Part shown: one piece after another, positions 33,840-44,457 of the stretch
Layout of the letters: the number at the start of each line of letters is the position of its first letter
Numbering within the stretch: the first letter of the stretch is position 1
Source: Candidatus Aenigmatarchaeota archaeon
Lineage (GTDB): Archaea > Aenigmatarchaeota > Aenigmatarchaeia > Aenigmatarchaeales > Aenigmatarchaeaceae
NCBI GenBank assembly: GCA_043814985.1
Contig: JBDRJK010000019.1
Coordinates: 88,926-152,925, forward strand
Reading direction: 5' to 3'
DNA: 64,000 nt
Position numbers and translations under genes: made by a program
Notes under the pieces: generated by a model
Seen by the model: only the letters and a program-made list of their open reading frames with translations
What the model was told of the DNA's origin: nothing
Databases searched by the model: none

Positions 33840-35660
33840 ATGTTTGAAATAAGTCTGTACTCCCTTTTACCATTAATAGCTTTTTTATCAAATATAATTC
33901 TAGGATTATTTATTCTCTTTAGAAATCCAAAAAATAAACTGAATATACTATATAGTCTAGTTACCTTTTCATGGGCTTTATGGGCTTTAGGAGATTTTTT
34001 GGTTTTCACAGCTTCTTCTCCAATAGAAGCTTTAAATCTAAGCAAGATAGCAACGATTGGTGCTTCACTTAATGCTATTTTAGTAATCCATTTCTTTCTA
34101 GTTTTCACGAAATCTAAAATGTTGTCAAATAAAAAATTCTATTCTTTATATTTAGTTTCTTTGTACTTCATATTTTTCACTCTTTCAACAAATCTAATAT
34201 CAGAAGGTGCAATAAGCTCTTGGTGGGGATATCACATAATACGTGGAATTCTATACTTACCTTTCACATCTTATATCTCAGGATATGTAATTTTTAGTAT
34301 TTTTTTTGCTTATAAGTATTTTAAGGGAACTAAATCGGAAAAAGAAAAAAAATTGATAAAGATACTAATCATTGCTACAATAATACCTCTTACTGGTGGG
34401 ATTCTATCTCAGGTTATTCCTCAAATTCTAGGTTTTGAGTTCATCCGTTTAACAACTACATTAACAACTATATCAGCAGTATTTATTGCATATTCAGTTT
34501 TAAAACATAGGTTGTTGTCTATCACGCCAAATATAGCAGCAAAAAAAGTATTAGATATTATGGAAGATTATTTAATTCTTGTTGATGAAAATAAGAAAAT
34601 ATGTTATATTAATAATTTAGTTATAAAACTTCTTGGATATAAAAAAGTAGAATTGGTTGGGAAACCTCTTAGTATTATTATTTCTGATAATAAAAAAAAT
34701 ATAGAATTTGTGATTTATAAAAATATTAAAGAGAAGAGCTATATGAGGAATTATGAAACAATAATTTTAACAAAAACTAAAAGAAAAATACCAGTATCTA
34801 TAAATGGTTCTGTATTGAAAGACAATATGGGAAATATTATTGGTTATATTCTAATCATGAGAGATATGATTGAGACTAATAAACTTATTTTTAATCTGAG
34901 AGAAAAGACATTAGAACTAGAAAAGTCTGAAAAAAGATTGAAAAAGAGTCTAAATGAACTTAAGAAGACAGATACAGAGAAAAATGAATTTATATCAATA
35001 GCAGCTCATGAGTTGAAGACGCCTATGGCAGCAATTCATGGCTTTTCTCAGCTCCTAAAGAATAAAAGTATTTGTGAAGATTCTAAGAGAAGAGAAAAAT
35101 ATTTAAAAATTATAGAAAGTGAGACTAATCGTCTAAGTAAGATGGTTACAGACATATTGGATCTTTCAAGAGTCGATCTTGGAACTTTGAAACTAGCTTT
35201 GGATGATGTTAATATAAATGATGTAATAGAAGAAGTAAAAAATGAGTTATATTCAGAAATAAATAAAAGGGGACTTAAATTAGTTGTAAAAAAAGATCCA
35301 AAAATACCAGTAATAAAAACGGACGAAGAAAAAGTAAAAAGAGTATTAATAAACCTGATAGGTAATTCAATAAAATATACTGAAAAAGGTAGTATTGAAG
35401 TTATGAGTGTAAAGGATAGAAATAGAATCATAGTTACCATATCTGACACTGGAATAGGTATTCCTAAAAAGGATTTCAAAAACATTTTCAAGAGATTTTT
35501 CCAGGTTGAATCCACATACACAAGAAAAATCAAGGGGACTGGTCTCGGTCTGTCTATATCTAAAGAACTAGTGGAAACAATGGGAGGCAAGATGTGGTTT
35601 GAAAGTAAAAACGGGAAGGGTAGCGCTTTTCATTTCATGTTACCGATAAAAAGAAAGTAA
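33840..35660 (+). CDS. Sensor histidine kinase (7TM sensor, PAS, HisKA, HATPase)
   Basis: AHELKTP H-box, NLIGNSIKY, DTGIGI, GTGLGL; markedly AT-rich. Confidence 0.92.
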   Translation: MFEISLYSLLPLIAFLSNIILGLFILFRNPKNKLNILYSLVTFSWALWALGDFLVFTASSPIEALNLSKIATIGASLNAILVIHFFLVFTKSKMLSNKKFYSLYLVSLYFIFFTLSTNLISEGAISSWWGYHIIRGILYLPFTSYISGYVIFSIFFAYKYFKGTKSEKEKKLIKILIIATIIPLTGGILSQVIPQILGFEFIRLTTTLTTISAVFIAYSVLKHRLLSITPNIAAKKVLDIMEDYLILVDENKKICYINNLVIKLLGYKKVELVGKPLSIIISDNKKNIEFVIYKNIKEKSYMRNYETIILTKTKRKIPVSINGSVLKDNMGNIIGYILIMRDMIETNKLIFNLREKTLELEKSEKRLKKSLNELKKTDTEKNEFISIAAHELKTPMAAIHGFSQLLKNKSICEDSKRREKYLKIIESETNRLSKMVTDILDLSRVDLGTLKLALDDVNINDVIEEVKNELYSEINKRGLKLVVKKDPKIPVIKTDEEKVKRVLINLIGNSIKYTEKGSIEVMSVKDRNRIIVTISDTGIGIPKKDFKNIFKRFFQVESTYTRKIKGTGLGLSISKELVETMGGKMWFESKNGKGSAFHFMLPIKRK

Positions 35661-35747
35661 TAAATAGTAAAAAAGTCGCTAAAATGATGATATAAACAAA
35701 TATGTGAATCATCTTAATCAAAGAAGTGTAAAGTTCTGGAATAACAG

Positions 35748-35969
35748 CTAATTGTGTAGTTTAATATTATATTTCCTATAGAGAGGCTTCAGTTTTCTTC
35801 TTGTCACGTCTTCACCTATTATTTTTGCTAAAAAATATTCACATTCTTCCATGAAGTCTTCTGGATATTTTTCTGGATCATCAAAACTATCAAGTTGTCT
35901 AGCCACTTCTCTTCCGAATAGGTCTAAAATAATTTTTTTTGCATCATCTTTTAATGCCATTTTCTCCAT
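35748..35969 (-). CDS. Small hypothetical helical protein
   Basis: 73-aa ORF, last gene of a tightly packed minus-strand operon. Confidence 0.6.
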   Translation of the reverse strand: MEKMALKDDAKKIILDLFGREVARQLDSFDDPEKYPEDFMEECEYFLAKIIGEDVTRRKLKPLYRKYNIKLHN

Positions 35970-35973
35970 CTAA

Positions 35974-36312
35974 TCAGCTTTTTATATACTTTGAATACTC
36001 CCTCTCGAACATGAAACAACCAATGAAAAATATAATGGAACCTATTGAACACAAAAGTATTATGTGAATAGAGCCATAGATTGTTTCTGGGAAGCCTCCA
36101 TGTATTCCAGACAGGCAGACAACTTCCCCCATTTCATGAAGTACTGCGAACAGGAACATCCCAGCACCTACCATAAACGCGTATTTTTTGAATCTTTTTC
36201 CGCCAAAAATTTTTAGAAACCCTATTAGCATAACGGTTCCGATTGTCAAGAAGAAAACGCTATATATTTCAGCACCAAGCATTTCGAAATGCGCAAGAGT
36301 TTCAATTACCAT
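35974..36312 (-). CDS. Small 3-TM membrane protein (paralog A)
   Basis: FFLTIG..FGGK..Y..FAVLHEMGE..HG..IH. Confidence 0.7.
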   Translation of the reverse strand: MVIETLAHFEMLGAEIYSVFFLTIGTVMLIGFLKIFGGKRFKKYAFMVGAGMFLFAVLHEMGEVVCLSGIHGGFPETIYGSIHIILLCSIGSIIFFIGCFMFEREYSKYIKS

Positions 36313-36634
36313 TTTCTTTTCTCCTTAAGGACATAAGACTCCCAATCTCTTTTTTTAGAAGAATGGCTGCGGCAAAATACGATGTAACCAACAAGATTGA
36401 AATAATCAAGAAATGTATTTCGAAATTTTGTAAATCATACAATCCATGTATCATTTCCAGACCTTCATGAAAAATAGCAAAAGCGATTATAACAACGCAC
36501 ATGAAAACCGAATAAATTTTGGATTTTTTCGAGCCGAATTTTAAGAAGAATTTTATAAGAAAAATCGCTCCGAGAGTAAGAAAAAACATGCTTATCGCAT
36601 CTGCTAAAACCAGCTCCAAAGGAACATATGTCAT
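36302..36634 (-). CDS. Small 3-TM membrane protein (paralog B)
   Basis: FFLTLG..FGSK..Y..FAIFHEGLE..HG..IH. Confidence 0.7.
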   Translation of the reverse strand: MTYVPLELVLADAISMFFLTLGAIFLIKFFLKFGSKKSKIYSVFMCVVIIAFAIFHEGLEMIHGLYDLQNFEIHFLIISILLVTSYFAAAILLKKEIGSLMSLRRKENGN

Positions 36635-37095
36635 TTATACATCTCCGTTAACGCGCCAGCAATGGCATAGCTCAGCACCGAGTACAGTATGAGCGACTCT
36701 CCGATGCCCACAAAAGGCATTACAGAGCCTGTCATGCTTGGATTAAGGCCTGCTAAAGAAAATCCTCCCGTAGTGAGGAAATGGCCTGATAGTCCTATTC
36801 CGATTATTATCTCACCAAGACCCCATTTTATGTTAAGCTTCTCTACTCTGTCTTTTATCCTCAAATCATAGAGCAAAAAAAGCAGGAGAAAGGATATGCA
36901 AAGAGTATGAACATGTGCTACTTTTAAAAATGAAGGTATCTCCTCTCCGGCAGACAGCATCTCAGCCATTTTAAATCCTATCCAGAGAGCATAAACTATA
37001 ATAAAATATATTGTGTACAGATACACCTTTCTAACTGAACTTTTCCAGCCATCGTTGGAATCGGAAATTATCGATTTTTTAATACTCTCTTTCAT
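36631..37095 (-). CDS. 4-TM membrane protein with AHVH motif
   Basis: Hydrophobic helices; KVAHVHTL. Confidence 0.65.
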   Translation of the reverse strand: MKESIKKSIISDSNDGWKSSVRKVYLYTIYFIIVYALWIGFKMAEMLSAGEEIPSFLKVAHVHTLCISFLLLFLLYDLRIKDRVEKLNIKWGLGEIIIGIGLSGHFLTTGGFSLAGLNPSMTGSVMPFVGIGESLILYSVLSYAIAGALTEMYK

Positions 37096-37181
37096 AATGA
37101 TAATTATTAATTCCGTATTTAAAAGTTATCTTTTTAAGTAATTGATTTTAATTTATTATATCATAATAAGCAAGTGTTGAA

Positions 37182-37553
37182 ATGCCTAAGAAAATAATGG
37201 TTGTAGACGATGAGGAAAATCTTCTAGAGCTTGTTAAGGTCATATTTGAAGAAGAAAATTTTGAAGTTGTTACAGCTGTCAGTGGGCAAGATTGTTTAAA
37301 AAAACTAGAGAGTTCTAAACCAGACCTAATCTTGTTAGATATGATGATGCCCAAGATGACAGGAAAAGAGACTGTTAAAAAAATCAGGGAGAATCCAAAA
37401 ACAAAAGACATCAAAATAATATTTCTTACAGTTGCAAGATTGTCAGAAGTTGGGTTGGAAGATCTCAAGAAACTGGATATCCTAGATTATATAACTAAAC
37501 CCTTTGACAATGATGATTTGGTTAGAAGGGTAAAGAAGGCACTGGGAGCATAA
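37182..37553 (+). CDS. Stand-alone response regulator receiver
   Basis: VVDDE, DLILLDMMMP, FLT, KPF. Confidence 0.93.
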   Translation: MPKKIMVVDDEENLLELVKVIFEEENFEVVTAVSGQDCLKKLESSKPDLILLDMMMPKMTGKETVKKIRENPKTKDIKIIFLTVARLSEVGLEDLKKLDILDYITKPFDNDDLVRRVKKALGA

Positions 37554-37621
37554 GATGTTATCTGTTTTGAAACAGAGAACAGATGAATGTATTAGGTCTT
37601 GTAGTGTTTACGTAATTTATA

Positions 37622-38242
37622 GTGAATAGAATGCTGCCCAAGTATAAAACCCAGATATTGAATACTTTCTGGAACTCTTGCGTTGATAATGCTTTAGGTG
37701 CTCTGTCTGAGATGATTAAAAAAGAAGTTAAAATAACTAAATCTTCAATAAACATTGAGCCCTTAAATAGGGTACCTGAATTAATGGATCATATAGAAAC
37801 ATCCAACTTGATTCTGTATACAAAGGTGGCTGGCAATCCCAAATACGTAATACTCTTGTGTTCACCTCTGAAGCATTATCTAAGGCTTATAGACATGTTA
37901 TTACACATGAAAATAGACTACTACGAAGCCTTGAACGAGGAAAACGAGGCTGTGGTTCTTGAGCTTGGGAACATCATAAACGGATACATCATATCATCAT
38001 TGAATCATTTGTTCGACACTAAATTCAATTTTGACAAAACCGAGATATCCACCAATCCGTTCAGGGTTGTTGAGGATTTCGGGTTTGGTAATATATACAA
38101 AGAAAAAATCAATGTTCTAGCATTTAATTCTGTTTTTAAAGTGAATTCTGAGAGTATTGAAGGAAAGTTGATTTTGTTAACAGAAAGAGACAAAGTTGAT
38201 ATTATTCTTGATAGAATAAGCAATAAACTGAAAGTAGTTTAG
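37622..38242 (+). CDS. CheC-like phosphatase
   Basis: NALGALSEM, ELGNII (ExxN); first catalytic site appears degenerate. Confidence 0.75.
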   Translation: MNRMLPKYKTQILNTFWNSCVDNALGALSEMIKKEVKITKSSINIEPLNRVPELMDHIETSNLILYTKVAGNPKYVILLCSPLKHYLRLIDMLLHMKIDYYEALNEENEAVVLELGNIINGYIISSLNHLFDTKFNFDKTEISTNPFRVVEDFGFGNIYKEKINVLAFNSVFKVNSESIEGKLILLTERDKVDIILDRISNKLKVV

Positions 38243-38434
38243 ACAATAATAAGTATATTTAAATTTAATGGCTAAATATATAAACTATGGCTGATATTCA
38301 ATCAATAGACATGAAAAATGGTAAAATTCTTGTAAATCTGAGATTAACCAAAGAAGAATACAACCTGTTGGGACAATTAACAGAGCAATTACTACTCTTA
38401 CCAGCAGGCCCCAATATCTCAAATGTTTTCTTAT

Positions 38435-38773
38435 CTAATCAACATTCTCATAATTTTCTGGATTCCAAGAAGGATTACAAGAAAATACGAGGTCCAATTT
38501 ACCCTCGAAAAAATATTTTTGATTGGGTTGAATAATAATAGCATCACCTTCATTTAAATCAAAATATTCTCCATCGATTTCTATTTTGCCATTGCCTTTA
38601 GAAATGAATATCATTTCTTTCGATACTTTGCTTACGACCCTTCCCCTTTCTGGATACCTTCCTCTTATCTCTATGAAGGCAACGTCAATATCCTTATCCT
38701 TATGCCCATATTCATAAGCTATGCAACTAGGAGTGTTAGCATGTTTTTTTCTTTCTGATTTTTTTACTATCAT
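38435..38773 (-). CDS. Cupin domain protein
   Basis: GRYP..G, E..F..G.G.IEIDG..L.EGD..I.PN. Confidence 0.8.
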   Translation of the reverse strand: MIVKKSERKKHANTPSCIAYEYGHKDKDIDVAFIEIRGRYPERGRVVSKVSKEMIFISKGNGKIEIDGEYFDLNEGDAIIIQPNQKYFFEGKLDLVFSCNPSWNPENYENVD

Positions 38774-39594
38774 TTAATCACCAATGATATTCTTAGGTTC
38801 CTTCCCTTATCAAAATGAGCTGTTTGGAGCAAATATCTTACTTTTTTATCAATCATAAATCTAGAACCCTTTGATACAGCTAACCTAATGTCTTTGTTTT
38901 TGAAAGTGTATTTTGGGAATTTACCGAAGTAATCATTTCTAGTCTGTTGAGCAATGTTTACATCTACAGGAACCCACCAACCCCTTTGATAGAATTCTGC
39001 CCAAACATGCATATCAAACCAGTTACTATGAAGTTTTGAATTCTTCAACCAAGACCAACCATCTCTCATAAAATATCCTGATACTATTCTTGCAGGTATT
39101 CCCAAATTCCTGCACATAGAAACAAAAAGAAGACTCTTGCCACCACACATGGCCTTTTTCTTATATACAGCCATTTTCAAATCATCAGAATCATCTTTTG
39201 TTAAATCTTTTAGATAATGTTTCAATACTTTAGGCCTTCCAATATTTTCTATAATCCAATCATAGATTTCTCTTACATTAGATAAACCTTTAACAAATTT
39301 TTTGGTTTTGCTTGTTAACAGTTTAGGTTCCTTTACCAAGAATCTTACATCATTACTGTCTTTGTATTTATCAATTCTTCTTATGTTGGCTTCGACCTTA
39401 GCTTCGATATCAATATTTTTCTTGGTTATATATTTTGCATATGAATAATATTTTTCTTTGAATAATTTTTTTGGGTTCTTGGAAAGTTCCAATGATAATA
39501 TTTTTTGGTTTCCATTATTGATTGGAAGGTGAATATATAGCGCAGATTTATTATTTGTAATAAATTTCCATCTAAGATTAAAATTCAGTTTCAT
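38770..39594 (-). CDS. Transglutaminase-like protein
   Basis: MCGGKS.LF..MCR..GIPAR, HVWAE, W.PVD triad. Confidence 0.85.
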   Translation of the reverse strand: MKLNFNLRWKFITNNKSALYIHLPINNGNQKILSLELSKNPKKLFKEKYYSYAKYITKKNIDIEAKVEANIRRIDKYKDSNDVRFLVKEPKLLTSKTKKFVKGLSNVREIYDWIIENIGRPKVLKHYLKDLTKDDSDDLKMAVYKKKAMCGGKSLLFVSMCRNLGIPARIVSGYFMRDGWSWLKNSKLHSNWFDMHVWAEFYQRGWWVPVDVNIAQQTRNDYFGKFPKYTFKNKDIRLAVSKGSRFMIDKKVRYLLQTAHFDKGRNLRISLVIK

Positions 39595-40043
39595 CTAATC
39601 ATTTCCTTCTTCTTGAAGAACAACCAGTTCTTTGGAGGCTTGAACTTCACCAAGACATAATTGCCCTTCAACCTTTTTCCAATTATCTTGAAGATTATTT
39701 TGTCTTCTTTTTTACTTATTAGTTCGAAAGTTCCCCTGTCCCATATCTTTACATTTCCCGCCCCATACTGTCCTTCAGGAATAATGCCTTCAAATTTGGC
39801 ATAATCAATAGGATGGTCCTCAACTTCTACAGCCAGCCTTCTAACTTTAGGATCCTTCGAAGGCTCTTTAGGAACTGCCCAACTTTTCAGAACACCATCA
39901 AACTCCAGTCTCAAGTCCCAGTGCAAGTGTGAGGCATGATGCTCTTGAATAACATAAATTGGTTTTTTGGATTTTTTCACCTTGGCTTTAGGCTCGGAAG
40001 TTTTCTTAAAATCTCTTTTTTGCTTGTATTTTTCTAAAACCAT
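39591..40043 (-). CDS. Stand-alone LigD 3'-phosphoesterase (PE) domain protein
   Basis: [46 protein letters not shown]. Confidence 0.92.
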   Translation of the reverse strand: MVLEKYKQKRDFKKTSEPKAKVKKSKKPIYVIQEHHASHLHWDLRLEFDGVLKSWAVPKEPSKDPKVRRLAVEVEDHPIDYAKFEGIIPEGQYGAGNVKIWDRGTFELISKKEDKIIFKIIGKRLKGNYVLVKFKPPKNWLFFKKKEMIR

Positions 40044-40047
40044 TTTA

Positions 40048-40947
40048 TCATTTCAGTGTTATTTTCATAGTGTCCTTGGCTACAATGACATTATCAAAAA
40101 TAGGCTTGACTGCATCAAGAACTTCCTTGTTTGACCTGTATCTCCTGCTCAAGTGCGTGAGAATAAGTTTCTTGACCTTGTACTTCTTTGCCATCTTTGC
40201 AACCTCAACAGCAGAGGCATGCGGCCTTCCCTCTTCAGGAATCTCAACAAATGTTCCGTCGTGTATTAGTATGTCTGCATTCTCAGAGAACTCAAGTAGC
40301 GTCTTGCAAATCTCAGTGTCACCAGAATAGACAATCTTCCTACCAGTTTTTTTAATGGCAATGTCCTCCAGTTTCACAATCTTATCATCAACCTTTATCT
40401 TACCCTCTTCCTTTATTGTCCTAAGTTTCCTTCCTGAAAGGCCGAACTTCTCGGCCTTCTTGACATCAATGTTCCAGTGATCCTTTTCTTGGAAACAGTA
40501 GCCTACAGCAGGAACTGAGTGCTTGACTCTTATTGAATAAATATCATACAATTCCGATTCAAATATCTTTTCAATATCCTTTTCACCGCAATCTTTTGGA
40601 ATTAATCTAAAACCAATTCCCCAGTAGCTCAGTTCAATTAAACCATCTATGAATCTGGAAGCCTCGGGGCCGTATACCTCTAATGGTTTATCTCTTCTTG
40701 ACAGATGCAAAGTTTCTATCAAAGGCAGTAAACCAGCGAAATGGTCAGCGTGCCAGTGGCTTATGAAGACATTCTTTATTTTCATTGGTGAGATTCTGAC
40801 TTTCTCCATCTGGAGTTGCGTTCCCTCGCCGCAGTCGAAGAGCATGTAGTCTGATCCATACTGTAGAAGTATTGCTGCGGGATGCCTCTTCAGGTTCGGG
40901 ATAGCTGCCCCTGTTCCCAGAAATGTTATGTTGATTGGTTCTGGCAT
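40048..40947 (-). CDS. rnz: Ribonuclease Z
   Basis: FLGTG, DCGEGTQ, SHWHADH, exosite, YSGDT, THLSRRY. Confidence 0.93.
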   Translation of the reverse strand: MPEPINITFLGTGAAIPNLKRHPAAILLQYGSDYMLFDCGEGTQLQMEKVRISPMKIKNVFISHWHADHFAGLLPLIETLHLSRRDKPLEVYGPEASRFIDGLIELSYWGIGFRLIPKDCGEKDIEKIFESELYDIYSIRVKHSVPAVGYCFQEKDHWNIDVKKAEKFGLSGRKLRTIKEEGKIKVDDKIVKLEDIAIKKTGRKIVYSGDTEICKTLLEFSENADILIHDGTFVEIPEEGRPHASAVEVAKMAKKYKVKKLILTHLSRRYRSNKEVLDAVKPIFDNVIVAKDTMKITLK

Positions 40948-40951
40948 GTTA

Positions 40952-41275
40952 TCACTTCTTCTTTACCTTATTATAAATCCAGATTATGAAACAGGAAATT
41001 ATGTAAAATGAGATTAATAATAAAATTAAATTTGTATAATTAACATAATACAATTTTTGATAATTTGTATCTATACAGTGCCTACTATCTATGTTAAAAA
41101 TTGTAATAGGATAACCATAATGTTCTATACTGCCAGAGCATTCTGTACCATCATAATGTGTTATAGAAGAAAGTACTGGTGGATAAATTATAAAGAAAAT
41201 CAAAATAATTAATTCTATTGAAAAAACTATTATTTTCTTTAAATCTGGTTTCAAAAAATTTTTCCAGTTCATCAA
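40952..41275 (-). CDS. Hypothetical 2-TM membrane protein (AT-rich)
   Basis: WKNFLKP..KI N-terminus, two TM helices, overlaps cca stop. Confidence 0.6.
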   Translation of the reverse strand: MMNWKNFLKPDLKKIIVFSIELIILIFFIIYPPVLSSITHYDGTECSGSIEHYGYPITIFNIDSRHCIDTNYQKLYYVNYTNLILLLISFYIISCFIIWIYNKVKKK

Positions 41276-42633
41276 ACCACATTAATGTCCTTTTCAAACC
41301 ATTCCCTCAGGAATCTTCTAAAGTCTTCTGGCATTTTCTTCACCTCTTTCAGAAAATCCCCACCGCCAGCTATTACTGCTTTCCTTATGTTGGGCGCAAT
41401 CTTGCTGGGTAGCCCTCTTTCTCTCAAATCTTTCTCAGACTTTTTGAGCAGGTCTTTTAGAAAATGCAAGACCGTTGTGAACTTTCTCTCGACTTCCACA
41501 ACCCACTTCTCATTTTCAATGAAAACCTCGTTCTGTTTGTAGTGTTTTAGGAACTCTTCCGCGTGACTGCTGTAAACATCAGGCCCTATGTTCTTTGTGA
41601 TTTTTGGTATCTGCCATGCCTTCATTTCAAAGACCATTACGCACTTTTTGTCGCAGTAAAAGTCGCTCCTTAGAACATTGAAACCGTTTTGTGTTAGTAT
41701 TTTATCTATTGCTCCTTTGCCTCTTTTCATCTGAGGATAGAGCACATCCTCCACTGTCTTTGGCCTTTCAAAGCTTATCGAGTACCACCTTGTCCCTCTT
41801 TTCTTAATCTCCTTTGCCACTTCTTCCAAAGAATATGGTTTTGTTTCTGGTGGGAAGAAGAATTCCCTTTTCGGGTTGTCAACAAACCTCTTGCAGGCAT
41901 TGATGAATATGTAGAACTTTTCCACCGATACAGCTGCTCCAACGTTCCTGTTCTTGTCAACAGGGTCAACAACAATAAAGGGACTCTTGAATTTTTTCGC
42001 CTTTTCCTTATTGGAGTTTTTGAAAACTATGATATATCTTGCTCTCCACTTGGATGCATCTTTGGCAAGCTTCATGAAGCTCCCATATTTTATTATCAGT
42101 AATTCACATAGGTAACCCGAGAAGCCCAAAGTCTTAACGTCAGCTCCATAGCACTTGTTGGCTATGCAGAACTGCTTTAATAATCTAACTTCGTCAGGTT
42201 TCTTCAGGTTTTTCTCAACAAACTTCACATGATGCGGAGTCCTGTCAACTGATGACTTGATTTTTTCAGGATCCTTTATGGAGTAAGCAGGAACAATGTC
42301 CACCTGGTACTTTCCTATCTGTGCTTTGAGATAAGGATGCTCTGCGAAGGCTATCTCGTGCTTGCCTTTCAGTTCTTTAACAATTTTTTTGGCCAGAATC
42401 ATGCCATTTTTCTCAAGTTCCTTTTTGGATATCTTAGGATCGTACAACAAGAATAAGTCTACCTCGTTCTTTTCCGATATCCAGGTGTCTTTTGCAACTG
42501 ACCCGCACACCAACGGCTTCACATCCTTTTCCAAATTTCCAGTTAATTTGGTCAACTTTGCAATAAAGTCTTCCATTTCCTTATACTCTTTTTTGCTCGG
42601 TTTTAGCTCATTTAGAACGGATTTTAGATCCAT
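41272..42633 (-). CDS. cca: CCA-adding enzyme (archaeal class I)
   Basis: GSVAKDTW...EVDLF, AEHPY, DRTPHH, GFSGYLCELL, DPVD..RNV. Confidence 0.95.
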   Translation of the reverse strand: MDLKSVLNELKPSKKEYKEMEDFIAKLTKLTGNLEKDVKPLVCGSVAKDTWISEKNEVDLFLLYDPKISKKELEKNGMILAKKIVKELKGKHEIAFAEHPYLKAQIGKYQVDIVPAYSIKDPEKIKSSVDRTPHHVKFVEKNLKKPDEVRLLKQFCIANKCYGADVKTLGFSGYLCELLIIKYGSFMKLAKDASKWRARYIIVFKNSNKEKAKKFKSPFIVVDPVDKNRNVGAAVSVEKFYIFINACKRFVDNPKREFFFPPETKPYSLEEVAKEIKKRGTRWYSISFERPKTVEDVLYPQMKRGKGAIDKILTQNGFNVLRSDFYCDKKCVMVFEMKAWQIPKITKNIGPDVYSSHAEEFLKHYKQNEVFIENEKWVVEVERKFTTVLHFLKDLLKKSEKDLRERGLPSKIAPNIRKAVIAGGGDFLKEVKKMPEDFRRFLREWFEKDINVV

Positions 42634-42686
42634 TTCAATCGAATAGATTTATAAATTGACAAGTAGATAAAGTTTTAGGTGAAAAG

Positions 42687-43118
42687 ATGATAATCAGAGA
42701 AGTTATGATCAAGGATGTTAAGACAATCAGGCCTAGTTGTACTGTCAAGGAAGCTGCGATAATGATGAACGAGAACAGGTTCGGTTCTTTGATGGTTGTC
42801 TCTGGGACTGGGAAGATAGAAGGCATTGTAACAGAAAGGGACATACTTACTGATGTTGTTGCTGAAGGAAAGGATTCCGGCTGTGTCAAAGTCAAAGACA
42901 TAATGACAAAAGATCTTGTGATTATTTCTCCTGAAAAAACTTTGGAAGAGGCAGCGGATATAATGACAGAGGAAAAGATAAAGAAGCTTCCTGTTGTAGA
43001 GAACGGAAGACTTGTAGGAATTGTCACTGCAACAGATCTGATTTCTTATGAGAAGGACCTTATAGAAAAGATTGCAACACTTCTCACTGTTTCACCCATG
43101 AAGAGAATAGGCGGCTAG
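42687..43118 (+). CDS. CBS domain pair protein
   Basis: GIVTERD and LPVV..GIVTATD. Confidence 0.9.
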   Translation: MIIREVMIKDVKTIRPSCTVKEAAIMMNENRFGSLMVVSGTGKIEGIVTERDILTDVVAEGKDSGCVKVKDIMTKDLVIISPEKTLEEAADIMTEEKIKKLPVVENGRLVGIVTATDLISYEKDLIEKIATLLTVSPMKRIGG

Positions 43119-43726
43119 CCGTAGAAATCTTTTTCACCAGATTGATACAACCATATTGCAATGTCCAGTTCTTCAGCAGGTATTTTCAATTTGTCTGCTA
43201 GTTCTAAGAATTTCTTTTCCAGCTCCATATACCTCTTCTTTGTTAAACTCTTGTCTTGTTCAATTACTCCTACTTTTTTAAGAAAATTCTGAATATGAAC
43301 ATCTATTATTGCCATGCCCTTGAAGCCTATGTTCCTCATGAAGTGTGCAGATTCCTTCATACCCAATCCCTTTATGTTTTCTTTTAACCACTCCCTCAAT
43401 TCTGTAGGATTTGAATCAAGCCTTTGCTTTAATTCTGGGAGTTTATCTCTAGCTTCAATAATTCTCTGGGCTTTCACTTCTGGAAACCTAATACCTTTCA
43501 AATAACCTCTTAGTTCCTTCAAGTCTGCTGTGAAAAGCTTGTTGTCAGCTTTCAATCTGTTAACAGCTTCCCTGCAGTTCTTTGCCCTTGACTGGGGTGT
43601 CATGATGCAGAAGCACAATTCCCCAAATAAACACTCGTTATCCTTGACACTACATGATTTTACAAATGACCTTATCATTCCCTTCTTCTTGTCATAGAAA
43701 TCCAGAAGCTTTTTTGTCTCGTCCAT
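43115..43726 (-). CDS. ogg: 8-oxoguanine DNA glycosylase/AP lyase
   Basis: ELCFCIMTPQ, KGLGMKESAHFMRNIG, AIIDVH. Confidence 0.9.
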   Translation of the reverse strand: MDETKKLLDFYDKKKGMIRSFVKSCSVKDNECLFGELCFCIMTPQSRAKNCREAVNRLKADNKLFTADLKELRGYLKGIRFPEVKAQRIIEARDKLPELKQRLDSNPTELREWLKENIKGLGMKESAHFMRNIGFKGMAIIDVHIQNFLKKVGVIEQDKSLTKKRYMELEKKFLELADKLKIPAEELDIAIWLYQSGEKDFYG

Positions 43727-43773
43727 GAGAATTTATTATTTTTAAAAGCTATAAATGCTATTTAACTGATAGG

Positions 43774-44457
43774 ATGATGCCCGTCGTAATAGAACTCAGG
43801 AATGTCAGCAAGATTTATTGCACTACTGGTGTTCCTGTCCATGCTCTGAAGAATGCAAGCCTCGAGATAGGCAAGAAGGACTCGCTGTCAATAATGGGTC
43901 CTAGCGGTTCTGGGAAATCAACAATGCTTCACATAATCGGTTGTTTGGATAAACCAACAAAGGGAAAGGTCTTCATAAACGGCAAGGACATCTCAAGATT
44001 GGATGAGAACCAGATAGCTGCCATAAGGAGAAAGACAATAGGATTCATATTCCAGTTCTTCAACTTGATACCTAATTTCACTGCAAAGAAGAATGTCGAG
44101 TTGCCAATGATTTTCAGCAAGCATCCGAACAGGGAAAAGAGGGCAGAAGAATTGCTGAAGTCTGTTGGTTTGGGGAATAGAATAAAACACTACCCATCCC
44201 AGTTGAGCGGTGGTGAAATACAGAGAGTCTCCATTGCAAGAGCCCTGGCCAATGAGCCAGACATTATCCTGGCGGATGAGCCAACCGGTAACCTTGATTC
44301 CAAGTCTGGGGGAGAGATACTGGACATATTGAAGGACTTGAACAAGAACAAGGGCATAACCCTTGTGACAATAACCCATGACAGGAATATTGCTAAATAC
44401 TCAAAGAAAATAATTTATTTAAAGGACGGGCAAATAATTAAAAGAGGAAGAAGATGA
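43774..44457 (+). CDS. ABC transporter ATP-binding protein (LolD/MacB-like)
   Basis: GPSGSGKS, LSGGE, ADEPTGNLD, TH. Confidence 0.93.
   Translation: MMPVVIELRNVSKIYCTTGVPVHALKNASLEIGKKDSLSIMGPSGSGKSTMLHIIGCLDKPTKGKVFINGKDISRLDENQIAAIRRKTIGFIFQFFNLIPNFTAKKNVELPMIFSKHPNREKRAEELLKSVGLGNRIKHYPSQLSGGEIQRVSIARALANEPDIILADEPTGNLDSKSGGEILDILKDLNKNKGITLVTITHDRNIAKYSKKIIYLKDGQIIKRGRR

Noticed and set aside
43407..43415. Another TTCAAATCC (minus strand) inside ogg
   Set aside because: Lies within an intact gene with no tRNA tail or junction; shows the 9-mer can occur by chance, so only copies at boundaries were counted
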